A stretch of 64,000 bases of DNA from NCBI GenBank assembly GCA_973895155.1, contig OZ316899.1:7691241-7755240 (forward strand). Reading direction: 5' to 3'. Positions within the stretch are counted from its first letter, which is position 1, and the number at the start of each line of letters is the position of its first letter. A program made the position numbers and the translations under genes. Shown here one piece after another: positions 25,065 to 37,400 of this stretch. This stretch comes from Marsupella aquatica (Eukaryota > Plantae > Marchantiophyta). The notes beneath the pieces are model-generated. The model did not search any database and was not told where the DNA came from. It saw only the letters and a list, made by a program, of their open reading frames with translations.

Positions 25065-26085
25065 CAAGCGAAAGCTCTTGATTTTGACCTTAATAAGGTT
25101 TGTTTCGATTCCGTAAAGAGTAAAAGCTCCGGACCATTTTGGAGGCTCATATTTGTGATGGGCATTCACTGGGGAAGACGGGGCGGGAACAAATTTATGT
25201 ATGTGGAGCGTCCAGGACTTCACAAATTTTTACAAGTGATTTTCAGGTATTACAATGTCGCGATTTGGACTTGCGCGGGAAGGCCGAGAACAAATGAAAT
25301 GATGGATCTTGTTTTCAACGATGCTGAACAAAAGCAGTTCAAGTTTGTATTCACCCAAGAAGAAACGTTTGACACTGGCTTTTTGAGGTCAGATATTACG
25401 GATGGGAAGGCAAAGTAACATACTTCTCAAGGAAATCCAAACTGTTTGGGATCATTTTGGCAATAAATATGGTCCGACAAATACTGTTCTCATCGATGAC
25501 TCTCCTCTGAAGTGTTTCGCAAATCCAAATGTTAACACGTTGTTTCCAGTTCCATTTGTTCACAACATGGGAGGCGACACTTTTCTGATGGAGATGTTGC
25601 TTCCACTTCTTCAAAGAATGCACAATGCTTTTGATGTAAGACACTTTCTGAATGTTAACTACCCAAAATGGTCCGCCTACAACAAGGGTGAAGCCCAAAG
25701 GAGGCATGGTGATATCTTTGCAGGACTCACTCAAGCCTGGGGGCACCGCGTTGCTGGCATCGTCGATAATTTCACTGTCCTTGATCACACGGCAGACGAG
25801 ATTTCTTGGGAAGTGAAGCATACCGTGCAAAGTTTGCCACTGGTGCAGGATATGAGTGACCGTGACATCAATTCAATTGCTAAAGGTCTACTTGGAGATG
25901 GTTATTCCGGCCCATATTTGCAAAATAAGCGGCAATTTGTTTGGGAAGTCCTAAAACTAGGGACCTTACTTCTAAGTTTAAAAACTTGTATCCTAAAGAC
26001 GCTTGCAACCGAGATAGAAAGGTTGATAAGTCAGGAAGTAGACTTACTTGCTCAAATATGTTTTGTAGCAACACACATTCAATGA
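25065..26085 (+). pseudogene. FCP1/NIF-like HAD-superfamily phosphatase domain protein, frameshifted
   Basis: KLLI-FDLNK across a frameshift near 25083; YVERPGLHKFL...YNVAIWTCA; KEIQTVW...NTVLIDDSPLKC..NP. Confidence 0.85.
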
Positions 26086-26460
26086 TCGTTATTTAAAAAT
26101 TTGGAGACTTGTAACATTGAGGGGAGGCCTATTACAAGTAAACAATTGTTATGGACTTTTGTATGGTTCCCGTTAGTGGGTGACAATGAAAATGTGACAT
26201 TACTCATGTGGCTATTCTCCACAAATTCGTACGCCAAAGATGTATTTTACATGGATTTGGAAATTTCAACTGGTGTTTAGGAAACTTGAAAGAGTGTTCT
26301 AGAAATTCCAGTTCCAAGTTTTGGAAACTTCATTTAAGGTTGTTGGATAATGTATTTATTTAATTTGGAAATTTTACCAAGCCACTTTGGAAAAAAGAAT
26401 TTCCAGAATTAGTGAAATCACTAATAAGACCCTTGTCGAGTAGTAGGGATAAAAAGCTGA

Positions 26461-29400
26461 TGTAGGGCAAAGAGGGGATTGTGGCCCGCACGAGGGATTG
26501 TGGGCCCGCACGATGGGACCTTCAAGACCACAACGTTGTCGCGAGGACTTAAAGTTAGGGGCTCCTCGGGCAAACTACGTGTTTCTGGCTGCGATCAGGA
26601 CAGGTGACAAGCACTTTTCGGAGCGAACTCTCACTCCTTTATATTTTTTACTTTTCTCACAAAGGTTACAATAGGTGCCCTTGAGTAAGCTTGCCCGCAA
26701 GAGTCTGGTAGCTGGCCCTACGGCGGGCCGCTACCTCTAACTTGTCGAGTAGAACTCCTCAAGTGACTAACTACTCAAAATTTGACGGAAAAACTATCCT
26801 CCTTAGCTCACAAAACCAAAAACTTGACTAGCTACTCCACTAGTCTAAAACAGCTCACACGGAACTCGGGCCTGGACCAACAAGGCTCCAAACTCGAGAA
26901 ATCCTCGCCTGGATCGACAAGACTCCAAACTTGAGAAATCCCCGCCTGGATCAACGAGACTCTAGACTCAAGAAATTCCCCGCCTGGATCAAAAACTCCC
27001 CACCTGGATGCCCCTCTGAGTTAGCATGCACGCAACCCAACCGGGAGGCCTCGCCCATCATCCCCTTTAAAAGCCATTCCTGAGCCAAAATCTTTCAGCA
27101 CGACATCCTCCCCCAGTAAACCTGAGCAGCCCTCTCGTAAGTCAAATGCACCCCTTTGTGCCCAGCCATGTCAGCATCATGGCTCTCTTTGAGAATTCGG
27201 TCTTTCTCATCCTTAGTATCCACAACCCTCTGCAACAACTGACTTGGGTCCTTATGCCTTCGCCACAAGTAGCCCTCCCTCAATAGGAACTTGTAAGATC
27301 TCTTCCGGATCTTGACGAACTCCTAGTAACTCCACTCTGGTTGCTTCTCCAAAGTGCTAATGTAACGCCCGATATCCAGTAACTCTCCCGAGTAGAGTTC
27401 TTCCTTGAACTCTAGACTTCCAACACTTTTGGTTCCGGTCACCTCGCCAACTCTAGTTGCTACCTCATTTCCGAATCTCGCCCTTGACAGCATGTCGGCA
27501 ACCGGATTATTTGCCCAATGAAATAGTTCCTCTCCTGATGGAGTGCCACCTTGGCACCCCAAAGCTCCCTCTTAACTTGGGCATATCTCCTTTGCCTTTC
27601 CGTAAATTTTTTTGCCCCAAATCCGATCGCATACCTTTCCCCATTCTCATCATCTTGCCCAACAGCCCACCCGGCTGCAAACGGACTCACATCAACAGTC
27701 ATGATCAGTGGTCGCCCGCTCTCATAGTCCGCAGCTTGGAGAACTGGCGGGCTCATGAGAGCGCTCTTAAGCTTAGCCATTGCTTCACTATGCTTGGGTA
27801 GCCATCTCCACTTAACCTTTTTCCTCAACAGCTCATAGAGCGGGTCTGCCAGGTGCAAGAAGTGAGGGATCCAGATCTTGTAAAAGACACAAGCACCAAG
27901 AAACCTTCAAACTTCCGGCACCGATTCTCAATCCTTCATCTCGCTAACAGCTCTCACCTTATCCATGTTTGGCTTCCTTCCATAAGATCCGCACATCATC
28001 AATGAACGGTCTTGCTTTTTCCGGAATGAACGGCTCCAAGATTTTACTCATTGCATTTTGCATGTGCGCAACTGAGTTCGTCGCCCCTTGAGGAAGAGTG
28101 CACATCCTCAAGAGGCCCAGCGGGGTCCTCATAGTCGTAATGTCTCGGCTCTCTTGCGCCAACTGGAACTGGTCGTAACCCGAAAACAAATCACCCATGG
28201 AGTAGATCGCCCTCCCAGCGAACTCCTCCGCAATCCATGAGTGGCCCAACTCCCACATTCCTGACGGTCACCTTGTTCGGAGGTTGCATATCCTGAATGA
28301 ACCTCAAGCTTCCATTCTTCTTTCTCACTGTAAACCATCTATTCGAGTAGGGAGCATCAGACCTCTCGAGAATCCTAGCACTCAGCTTCTCCTTAAGCAG
28401 TTCTGCAAGCTTTGGAGCTAAAGCCCGCGGAACCGAAATCGGTTTCAGATCCCACGGAACATGAGGGACAGTAAAGATGACCATCGATGTCACCTTACTC
28501 GGATCCGCACAACCAATCTCCTCAATCAAAAATGAGAATGCCTTGCCATGCTCCATTATCATCTTTTGAAATGCCACTTGCTCCACCTCCGTAACTAACC
28601 CATCCAAACCAATCTTAAGCTTCGCCAAACTCTCTTGAGTAAACTTATGCCCTATCCGATTAGTTGGCCTCAGCCTTGGTTCCAACCTTGCTTGATCCAT
28701 GACCTCCATCGCATTGTCCGGCAAAGGTATCGCCGTCGGCCTCACCTTCTTGTCAACCGTCTTGTATTTGGTACTTGAGTATACAAGCACGGCCATAGAC
28801 GAGTACTGCCTTTCCAACTCCTTCTCCAGCTTGTCCCTTCCCAAGTTAGACTCTGCACATTCGAGTGGCTCTTCCTCTCCATTATCCATCGTGTTTTCCC
28901 CTTCACAAGGAGCTAAGGAACGAGCACTCCGCCGATCCACTCTTTTCAACAAAGTGCCAAGTCGTTTTCCGGACCTGGACCAGATTCGGCACTCTCAGTC
29001 CTCAACCCTTTCCTATTCCTCTCGGGGTATTTACAAATGACAGCAAACAGCAAACAGTAACAGAAAACAGAAACTGGTAACAGGAAAATGAGTGGTAATT
29101 TTTTTTGAATTTCTTTTGAAATTTTTTTTTGGAAAAAAAAAGTTTTTTTTTCTTCGAATTTTTTTGAAATTTTTGCTAGCGCCCAAAGCTAGCCAAAAAA
29201 TGTTGTAATTTAAGTTTTTTTGGAAAATGTGACTTTTTAGAAAATATTTTGACATGGTTATTTTTCCTAGTAACAGTAACTTTTTTCTAGTAACAGGAAA
29301 ATTTTTGCTGGTACCAGTAAACCTGTTTCCTGTTTACTGTCACGCATGCCATACCCTTCCTCTCGTTTCCAGGTAAAACAGCCGGAAATTGAACCACCTC

Positions 29401-29805
29401 TTTCCCATCTTTGCTCCGAACCTTCACCATGAAGGTAGTATCATCCAGAACCTTCGTCTCCATCCTCCATTCAGTGATAAACGGCATGCCCAGTATCACC
29501 GGAAATAACAAGTGCTCATGAACAAAAATGTTACAAGCCTGCTTGACATTCCCGAACTTCACCATCACATTTGGACATCCGTCCCAAAGATAGTCCTTCA
29601 TTGAACTCACCGAGTTCACACTCCAAAGCAACTCATTGTCCACCGGCCAATTCCCCTTTTGAAACACCTTTGGATCCATCAAGCTGATCTTCGAGCCAGT
29701 ATCAATGAGCGCCCGCACCTTGCCTTCCATTCCTTCCAACTGGCACTCGCTCTCCGGACTTGCTCGAGCCCAGTATCCATCTCGGTAAGCATAACCGTTT
29801 CCTTT
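26461..29805 (-). mobile_element. divergent Ty3/gypsy remnant: protease, RT, RNase H, integrase N-terminus (core deleted), PPT and about 600-bp 3' LTR (26461-27060)
   Basis: ALIDTGS; DLFSGYDQF, TLPQGATNS, PFIDDV; TVDVSPFAAGWAVGQ; AGHKGV...YW; PPT AAAGGGGA next to LTR TGATGGG...CCCTACA. Confidence 0.88.
29025..29356. mobile_element. Mutator-like MITE (332 bp)
   Basis: 9-bp TSD TTCCTCTCG (29016-29024 and 29357-29365); termini GGGTAT...ATACCC; inverted TGACAG.AAACAG.AAACAG; AT-rich interior; splits the gypsy pol. Confidence 0.9.
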
Positions 29806-32800
29806 TGTGATGTCGTGCCAGGATCACGAAGTACTTAGTTAAGCCTAAAATAATGGCTAAATAAAGATTAGGTAGATATAATTAGGGAGTTATAAAGATC
29901 GAAGCCGATTTCAATATGTTCGGGGGAAATTGTGATGGGATCTGATCCAACGGTCGCGATTAAGTGGGATTAGGATTATGACCTAATCAGGGCTTGATCA
30001 CGCAAGCCATCAGGAGGCGGCTTCGTAAGGAGGGGACCGACACTCTGTACACTAGTGCAATTGCTTGTTCGATCAACCTAGCGAATCAGCTGCCGATCGA
30101 ACGGGGGAGGTGGTTTGAGAAATTGCGCAGGTTCTTGGCATTCGGTGGAATGAACACGGTGAATCAGGCAGGGAAGTTTTGGGGCTGTTTGCTTGAAGAA
30201 GCAAGGCAGCTGATACCTACGTATGAAGACGTTGAGCCGGAGCACGCAGCCAGAGAACGAGCAGAGCTTGCACGATTGTGGGGAATTCACAAATCGGCAT
30301 TCGTAGATACGGAGGAGGTATTGGAAAAGTTCTCGTGGACACCCATCAGTGTGGAGCTTGACAAATTGCTAATTCGGGAGAATAAGGTCGTGGGATCAGG
30401 GAGGCAATCAAGAATGTCGGGCAACCACTTTGGGAATTGAAGGGTCACACTGCAAAGTGGACGAAGGCAGCTATTCTTGGGGAGTATTCAGGCACTGAAG
30501 AGATGAAGCGCAAGGGAGGTTCGGCATCTGCAACTCCAGCAAAGCGAATAGGTTGGAGAGACCAATCAAGATGGAATCCGGGCCAATTAGAGATCGGGCT
30601 GTAGAAGATAAAAACATGACAGGGTGGGCAAACAGGTTACCTGCCGATTTACAATTACAGTTCGCAAGAGATGAGGATGAGGTCTTCAGTGCCGTTCAGG
30701 ATAACAAATATGCAGGATATATGAATGACACTGGGTTGGAGGGCTTTGTCAGGTTGCCCTGGAGAATGGTAGACATACCGGATGAGGATCTGTTGGACTT
30801 CGTGGGATGCTGGGAGGCTTCTTCCAACACAACGCTGCTGTATGGAAAGGTGTTCGAATTAACTCCTGCGCTTATCGAAGCCGTGTTCGCTTTACCAACA
30901 GGAAGGAAAACAAAGGTGGAGCAGAGGAAGACGTTGCCGGACGACCAGTTCAGGTCATTTCTAGGGCCTTCCACTAAGAATGGGTTTTTTAGGAATCAAT
31001 GTACCAACCCACATATAGGGCAGCTGATTGATTTCCTGAGAGTCACATTGCATTGTACCTTGCTGAGAGCAGAAATCGGCAAAGCCCAGGTATTTTTGGT
31101 AGAGAATATCGATGCAAGCCGAGACTACAACGACTATCTCTTAATGCAGTTAAAGAAGGCATTAAACGAAGAGAAGCAGAGCATTGGGGAGGGAGCGGTA
31201 TCCAGACTAGGGTACCATCTGCAATTGCTTTGCCGTTATGCAAGAAGCTAGTCTTTTGCACCAGTGTTGCCTATACAGGAGCGGATGCAGATCACTGCAC
31301 CACTTGAGGAAGTGGAGGAGGACGAGGAGCCTCTTAACATACGACGCCACGGGAGGAGGTCGGCAACACAGGCAACATGAGAACGGGAGCATTCCCCTAT
31401 CAAGGAGCCAGAGGTAGTAACATATGATGTAGTGAGAAATCCGTTACGCCGGCCTACTCGCAATAATCCATATGCAGGCATCCAGTTGGTCGAGAGGAAG
31501 ATGACTGCCGAAGAGAGAAAGAAATATGACGAGCGAATGGATTCGGAGACAGACGAGGAGGTAAGCCGAGGCCAGGAGAGGCCGGTTGTAAAAGCTTCTA
31601 ACAGAGCCCAAGTGAACGGATTCATGGTGGAAGGTCAACCAGCTGCAGCCCAACAATTTTCAGAGGAGGAGATTGGGGGCTTTGGAGGAGAGGTCGGCAT
31701 GTTAGGTAGTCAGGTCAATGTGGATGATTACGACGACGACTATGTCGATCATGGGGAGAGGCCGGTCCCAGGAGTTAGAACGATGGGAAGGTTTTGTAGA
31801 AGACTTCCCGCGGTCTTCTATGGCAAACCGGAGGACCAGAAAACGCCAAAATCTCCTCCACCAGATGTGACGCCATTGGAATTCGACAAGATGAAGGAAG
31901 CTTAAGCCGGGCTACATGAGAAGATTAAGGAGTGGGGGACCCAGAATGCAGAACACGAATGCCAGCTACTAGGAGGTGAGTGGCCAGAAGGAATAAGACG
32001 GCTTAGTGAGAGGCAAGCCGAACCTCTCACTAACTTTGACCAATTACGCGCTGAAGCTTGGGAGAGACAACCTCGATGGCAGATGCCAGTATCACCTGGG
32101 AGGTCAAACTATGCAAGAAATCGGGCTAAGGAGTATGGAGACATGTGTGGACTCTTAGCCTTAGAAATCTTCGGCAACGAGTTGGAATCCGGGCCATTTC
32201 TTAGAAAAGAAATGGCTGATCAGACGAGACTGGAGGAGGCAATGACATTGGAGCGATTGAAGAAGGAGGAAGTAATCGCTCGGCTTCGCTCCATGGAGGC
32301 CGAAGTTGCTAAGACAAAGTCTGCTCAACCAACTCAGCAGGATCTCTTCGCTAGGCAGCAGGAATTGGATGTGGCAAACAACCAATTGGATAACCAGCAG
32401 ATCAAGGAAAAGTTGACAAAGATAGAGCTAGAGTTAGCCGATTCAAAAGTAGAGGTACATGGTTTAAATCGCCAAGTTGAGAGGCTCAGAAAGACGGCTA
32501 AGGAGCAGGCCACCCAGAGCGAAAAGGCCTTGGTAGATGCCCAAAGGAAGTATGATAAGTTACTCGACCGGTTGGAGACCATGCGTGAAAAGCATGATGA
32601 GGCCATGTGCACGGCGGCCAATGATCACCTAAACCGGGTTCAACAGATACGCAAGGAGCTTCAAGAGGAGCTAACCAGGACAAAGCAGGCATGGACGAAT
32701 GAGGTCACAAAACTAGAAGGTATCAACGACTCCTTGAAAGCAGCCGTAGATAAGCAAGAGTTGGAGATCGTGCAGATCTTAAATGAGGAGTTGAAGACGG

Positions 32801-34407
32801 CCAAGGCCAAGATACTACGGCTTAACGATGAAGTTGAAGACGTATCTCAAGAATTGGAGGATGCCAAGGATAAGATGATCGGGCTGCAGAGGCGTGCCGA
32901 CAATCAAACGCAGAAATTGAAGAAGTATGTCGAAGCGGGATATGGGTCACCAACTGAAAGGCTTCTCGACAGTAGTATGGTAGGCGGAAATATAGTGAAG
33001 CCGAAGCCAAAGCCAAGCTCTCTGTTGTCAAGTGTGACTGGGGGCAAAGCCATGCAGTTGGTGGCAGACTTGGCAAAGACGTTCATGGGGCCAGGCGATA
33101 ATAAAGTTAAAACCCTTAAAGCCACTCCGGAGGAAGTCGAGAGCATGGCTGCTCACATTTGTGGTACTGTGGCCCTGAAGGCAGCGGTGGTAGAGGTAAG
33201 TACTGCGGATCAACTTGGAGCTGCGGTAACAGGTTTAGACAATGGTACTGCTTCTATGGACACACAGAACGTGAAACCGTGGGTTATTGAGACCAAGCGC
33301 ATCGGGGAAAAGGCTTGGATTGAGGAAATTAAGGCAAAGGCTCTCCAAGCCGTTTCCCAGGAGGATGCGGATGCAAATGCAGATGCCGATGCCAAGACCG
33401 ATGCCGGGGCCGGCAAAACAGAAGCCGAAGTGGTCGGGCCAGGGCCGATGGCAAGAGAAGGTGCAGAGTCGGAAGATTCGGACTTACCCCCGGTCATCTG
33501 ACAATTAAGGAGGGCCAGTCATCGGTTGGAAGGAGGACGTGGCGGCAGGAGAAGGGCTTGGGCCAGAAGGGCCCGGCCGTTGTAGGATGGGACATGGCAA
33601 GTAGCGCCCTGTTGGCTTAGATAGTAGTAGATGCTCGGTTCACACAGGGTTCCGGGCTATTCAAGTTTTTAGGTGATAGTTTTTTTTAGGATTATCGCGG
33701 TGGAAGGCCATGTGTGGTGGTTAGGATCTCTGTTGTTTTTTTTGAAAGCGCTGCAAGGATAAAAACCTTGGCAACGTGGTTTCAGGGGCTTTTTCTTAGT
33801 CAAGGCTTTAGTGTTAATCTGTATTGTTGTAAACACAGGAAGCTCTCGGCTAAATCTAGACCGCAGGGTATCAGTAAACCACCAATTCCCTTGGATTTCT
33901 GAGCAATTGTTTGAATTGAGTTGGCTTCGTTGCATAGTTCGCAAATTCTTGCCATCCAAGAAGTTGAGTGTTATGATATCTGTTGCTTGATCGATTAAAG
34001 TCAGATAGGGTGAACTGTTGAGCAAAATACAATCGCATTGCCTTGATTGGAGACTGCCCAAATCAAACTCTGAGAGAACAGTGAGGATTGAGAGTGTTAG
34101 TCAGTGAAGTGTGGGTTGAGTCAGTCTGAAAAAGACCTTCAACCGGCTTAAGAAATTAAGCCGTAGAGCTACATTCCGAGGGCGGAATACAAATATACCT
34201 GAAGAAGTTAAACAGGAATTAGGTGTCTCAGTTGTGCACAATTCACAAGCCCAGTGAAAGAATCGGTCCGGTAAGTGTGGACCCAAGGAGAGTATCGCGT
34301 TTCCAAGCTGAATAGCTGCCGTAAGGAAAGAGGACCGACATAACCAAGTGGTTTATGATCGGTTGAGGGTAGTTCTCGGTGTTAGAGGTCTTGGGAACCG
34401 TGCCACA
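29806..34407 (+). mobile_element. giant solo-type LTR, family C (4602 bp), carrying an internal gene; flanks do not match (CCTTT vs AGTTT)
   Basis: TGTGATG...GTGCCACA termini similar to LTR 4704-6088; shared hairpin motif at 34174; unrelated pol fragments on either side. Confidence 0.78.
29994..33501 (+). pseudogene. LTR-encoded protein, family C (about 1150 codons, several stops): PMD/Transposase_32-like domain plus long coiled coil
   Basis: ORFs 29994..30440, 30553..31251, 31432..31905 and 32083..33501. YMNDTGLEGFVRLPW...DLLDFV...LYGKVFELTPALIEAVFALPTG...NGF aligns by eye with the family A protein. Confidence 0.75.
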
Positions 34408-37400
34408 AGTTTCTTTGTACTCCATGCAGCGTCGTAGTTTCCTGTTAACTCCTTCCTTGTGTAAGTGGCCCCGTATCATGATGTACGGCCCCGCTTTTTG
34501 GAGGAATATGGCGGCAACTTCCTGGTTGGTGCCATCAGGGAGACTTTGCTACCTTCTCCTGGTCCACTTCAATACCCCGTTTGGATACCCAATGGCCGAG
34601 AAGCACTCCCTCTTCTACCCCGAAAAAACACTTGCCCGGGTGGAGCTTAAGGTTAACCTCCCGGCATCGCTGTAGAGTACGTCGTAGGTGTTTGGGGTGC
34701 ATGGCCACAGTTCCAAAGATGGCAAAGTCATCTATAAATATTTCCAAAAACTCCCGTAGGAAATCATGGAAAATATTCATCATGAGCCGCTGGAACATGG
34801 CCGGGGCGTTACACAGCCCGAACGGCATCCTCCAAAATGCAAATGTCCCCCACTCGGTAGTGAACGTGGTTTTTAGCTGATCCAAAAGGCGGATCCAAAT
34901 CTGATTGTAACCCAAATAGCCGTCAAGGAAGGTTTAGATTTCATTCCGAGCTACCATATCCAAAACCATGTCCGTGAAGGGTAATGGGTAGTGGTCCTTT
35001 TGGGTAACATCGTTCAGCTTACAGTAGTCCTAATAGATGCGGATCTTGGGTTTCCCTTCTGTGCCTCCCTTTTTTGGCACGATGACGATGGGAGATACCC
35101 AATCACTCGCCATTATCGGGTAAATGATATTCGCGGCCAGTAAATGATCGATTTCTTCTTTTACCAAGATTGAATATCTCGGGCTCATACATCGCTCGTG
35201 CTGCCGTACCGCGTGTGCGCCTAGGTTCAGGTCGGTCGTGCGTTCTCCTAGCTTGGGAGAGACACCCGTCAAGTCATGATGGCTCCATGCGAACACATCC
35301 TCATACTCCTTGAGTAGTGACTGAATGGATTTCTCGGCCTAAGTTGAACATCTTATCCATCCCCATGGTGTACTTCCGGTAGTGCTCCTTCCTGATGACT
35401 TCTACTTGATTACACAAGCCCGGGTCCAGGTTAGCGCCTAGCTCTGCTAAGCGGACTCCTCCGTACGTCGGAGGGGTTGGGTTCGAGTCTGGTGTTGCAT
35501 CCGCGTCTTCTTCCATTGGGATAGAAGGTCCCAGGATACTTGCTTCCGATGCTTGAGCCCCAAAATCTTGGCTGAGGTTGTGGTGGCCTTGCTTGCTGAG
35601 GGTTTGATGGTAGGCATAATGGCTTCAGCTCCCTACTTAGCTGGAGCTGCATTTTGCGTGTCCTTTGGGCTGAGACTTTGAGCGGGTTGCACCTCCGTTG
35701 AGGGGTTAGAGGAACTCGGGTTGAGGTTGCACGCGTCTTCCTTTGGGTAGTTCATGAGGTGGGTGTCTCGTGTTGCCTCTATCCCAAAAACATCTTCCTC
35801 GGAAACAGATGAGATGAGCTCTATCATGTTGAGCTCTTCTTCCTCTAAGATCTCTAAATCATATTCCTCCGGCCCCTGTGGTGTCTCTCCCTGATAGTCA
35901 TCCAAAGCCCATGACACTCGCACGGTGGGTGTCCCAAATCACAACTCTTTCTTTCCCCAATCCGTGACTACATTGCCCCCGTACAGCCATGGCCTCCCCA
36001 GCAGAACTGGATAAGAGGATGGTCTTACCGGCCTCATGACTAGGAAGTTGAGGTAGAACTCAATGCCCCCTACAAGAGTGAGCACCCGTGTGAGCGTGCC
36101 CAAGGGAAGGACCCGTGCCCCATTTGCCAATCTGATGGCCCGGGCCGTGGGTTGATACGTGAGATATCCCAGTTTGATTGACGTTTCTTCAGTCATGATG
36201 TTGACTCCTGCGCCGCCATCGACCAGGACCATCTTAATGGTGCATTGTTTATCTCAATAGATATGTCCGGCGCCCCTAGGTCTTTGCAGATCATGTTGCA
36301 ATTTGCCGTCCCTACCCGGGGTAGCCGCCTCGTCATCGACCCGTGAGTAACTGCCTCAGTTGCTATCGATATTGAGGGTTATTGTGCAGTAATTGCCCTA
36401 CTATTGCCGTGACCGGGCAACTTTTCACGTCTTGTTGGATATTGTAGTCCTCCTTCTTCTCTTCCTTGGGACGGTGCTGGGCTTCCTCCTGTTGCTTCTC
36501 TTGCTCATGTCGTTGGGCGGCTTCAGCTGCTTTGATATCCTTGTTGATAGTCTTTTGGTATTCGCGTGCTTCATAAGCCTCCAACTGCTTCTTAACCAAT
36601 TCTTTGATACGGGGGAAGAATAGCTTTGGGTCATCTCATCGGTAATCGTCATCCTCCTCTCGGGAGATTTCTACTGCTGGCTGCACCGGGGTAGTATCTT
36701 GCTTCTTCCGACGCTTCTCTTCCTGTTTCTCTTGCTTTTGTTCGGCTCGAGTCGCCACATGGTAGCACTTGACTTCGTCCGTCAGGTTTGGGTGTTCCAC
36801 CACATCCACCAGGTTTACCCATTCCGTGGTATCATCTTGCCATTCTACAATGATCATTTGTACGACAGCATCGTTAGTGCAGGACCTCCTAGGGCCGGCC
36901 TGGCTGCGCTTGCTCGGGCAGCGATCACCAAGGGGCAATTGGCCATGGAGCGGGCCTCAGTTTTGCGAACTTGACATAGTGGAGTGCCCCGGCCATCTCC
37001 CTGCCGTCTTGGCTTGGTGCATTCCCTGGCAAAGTGGCCCGACTTCTCACAGTTGTAACAAACTGGGGATCGCCAAATCCCGGGTTTAGGAGGAATGCTC
37101 GGGTTACTGATAACCTGGACATTCCTTCCATTGTTTGGGTAAGGGTAGGCCGTTCTACCAGCTAAGTTGCGTGGACCCATCGTGGAAATCTGGTAGACAG
37201 AATCTGTGGCGTCTTCGAAGAAGAACTCGATGGACTCCGGTTCTGGCCCCGGGCTGTCAGCGTCCTCCAATTCCACCTGATGGACCCTATTCTTCCATCG
37301 CGGGCATTCTTGCACCACGTGCCCAAATTGGAAACACTTGGAGCACCATGCATGTGCTCGGGTCTCGGAAGGTTTCTTTTTCTCCACGGGCTTGTCCGTA

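Larger units (their letters stand above)
9769..26425. mobile_element. giant Sola-like DDD DNA transposon (16.66 kb including a 2.44 kb nested solo LTR) with cargo genes
   Basis: 4-bp TSD AAGA (9765-9768 and 26426-26429); inverted repeat TTTCACTAACTCTGGAA (9777-9793) vs TTCCAGAATTAGTGAAA (26401-26417), 16/17 match, each 8 bp in from the end; the flanks rejoin to one satellite unit; transposase inside. Confidence 0.85.

Noticed and set aside
32083-33501. Host myosin/SMC-like gene
   Set aside because: It is a generic coiled coil with no motor or ATPase motifs, and lies within LTR termini downstream of the PMD-like segment.
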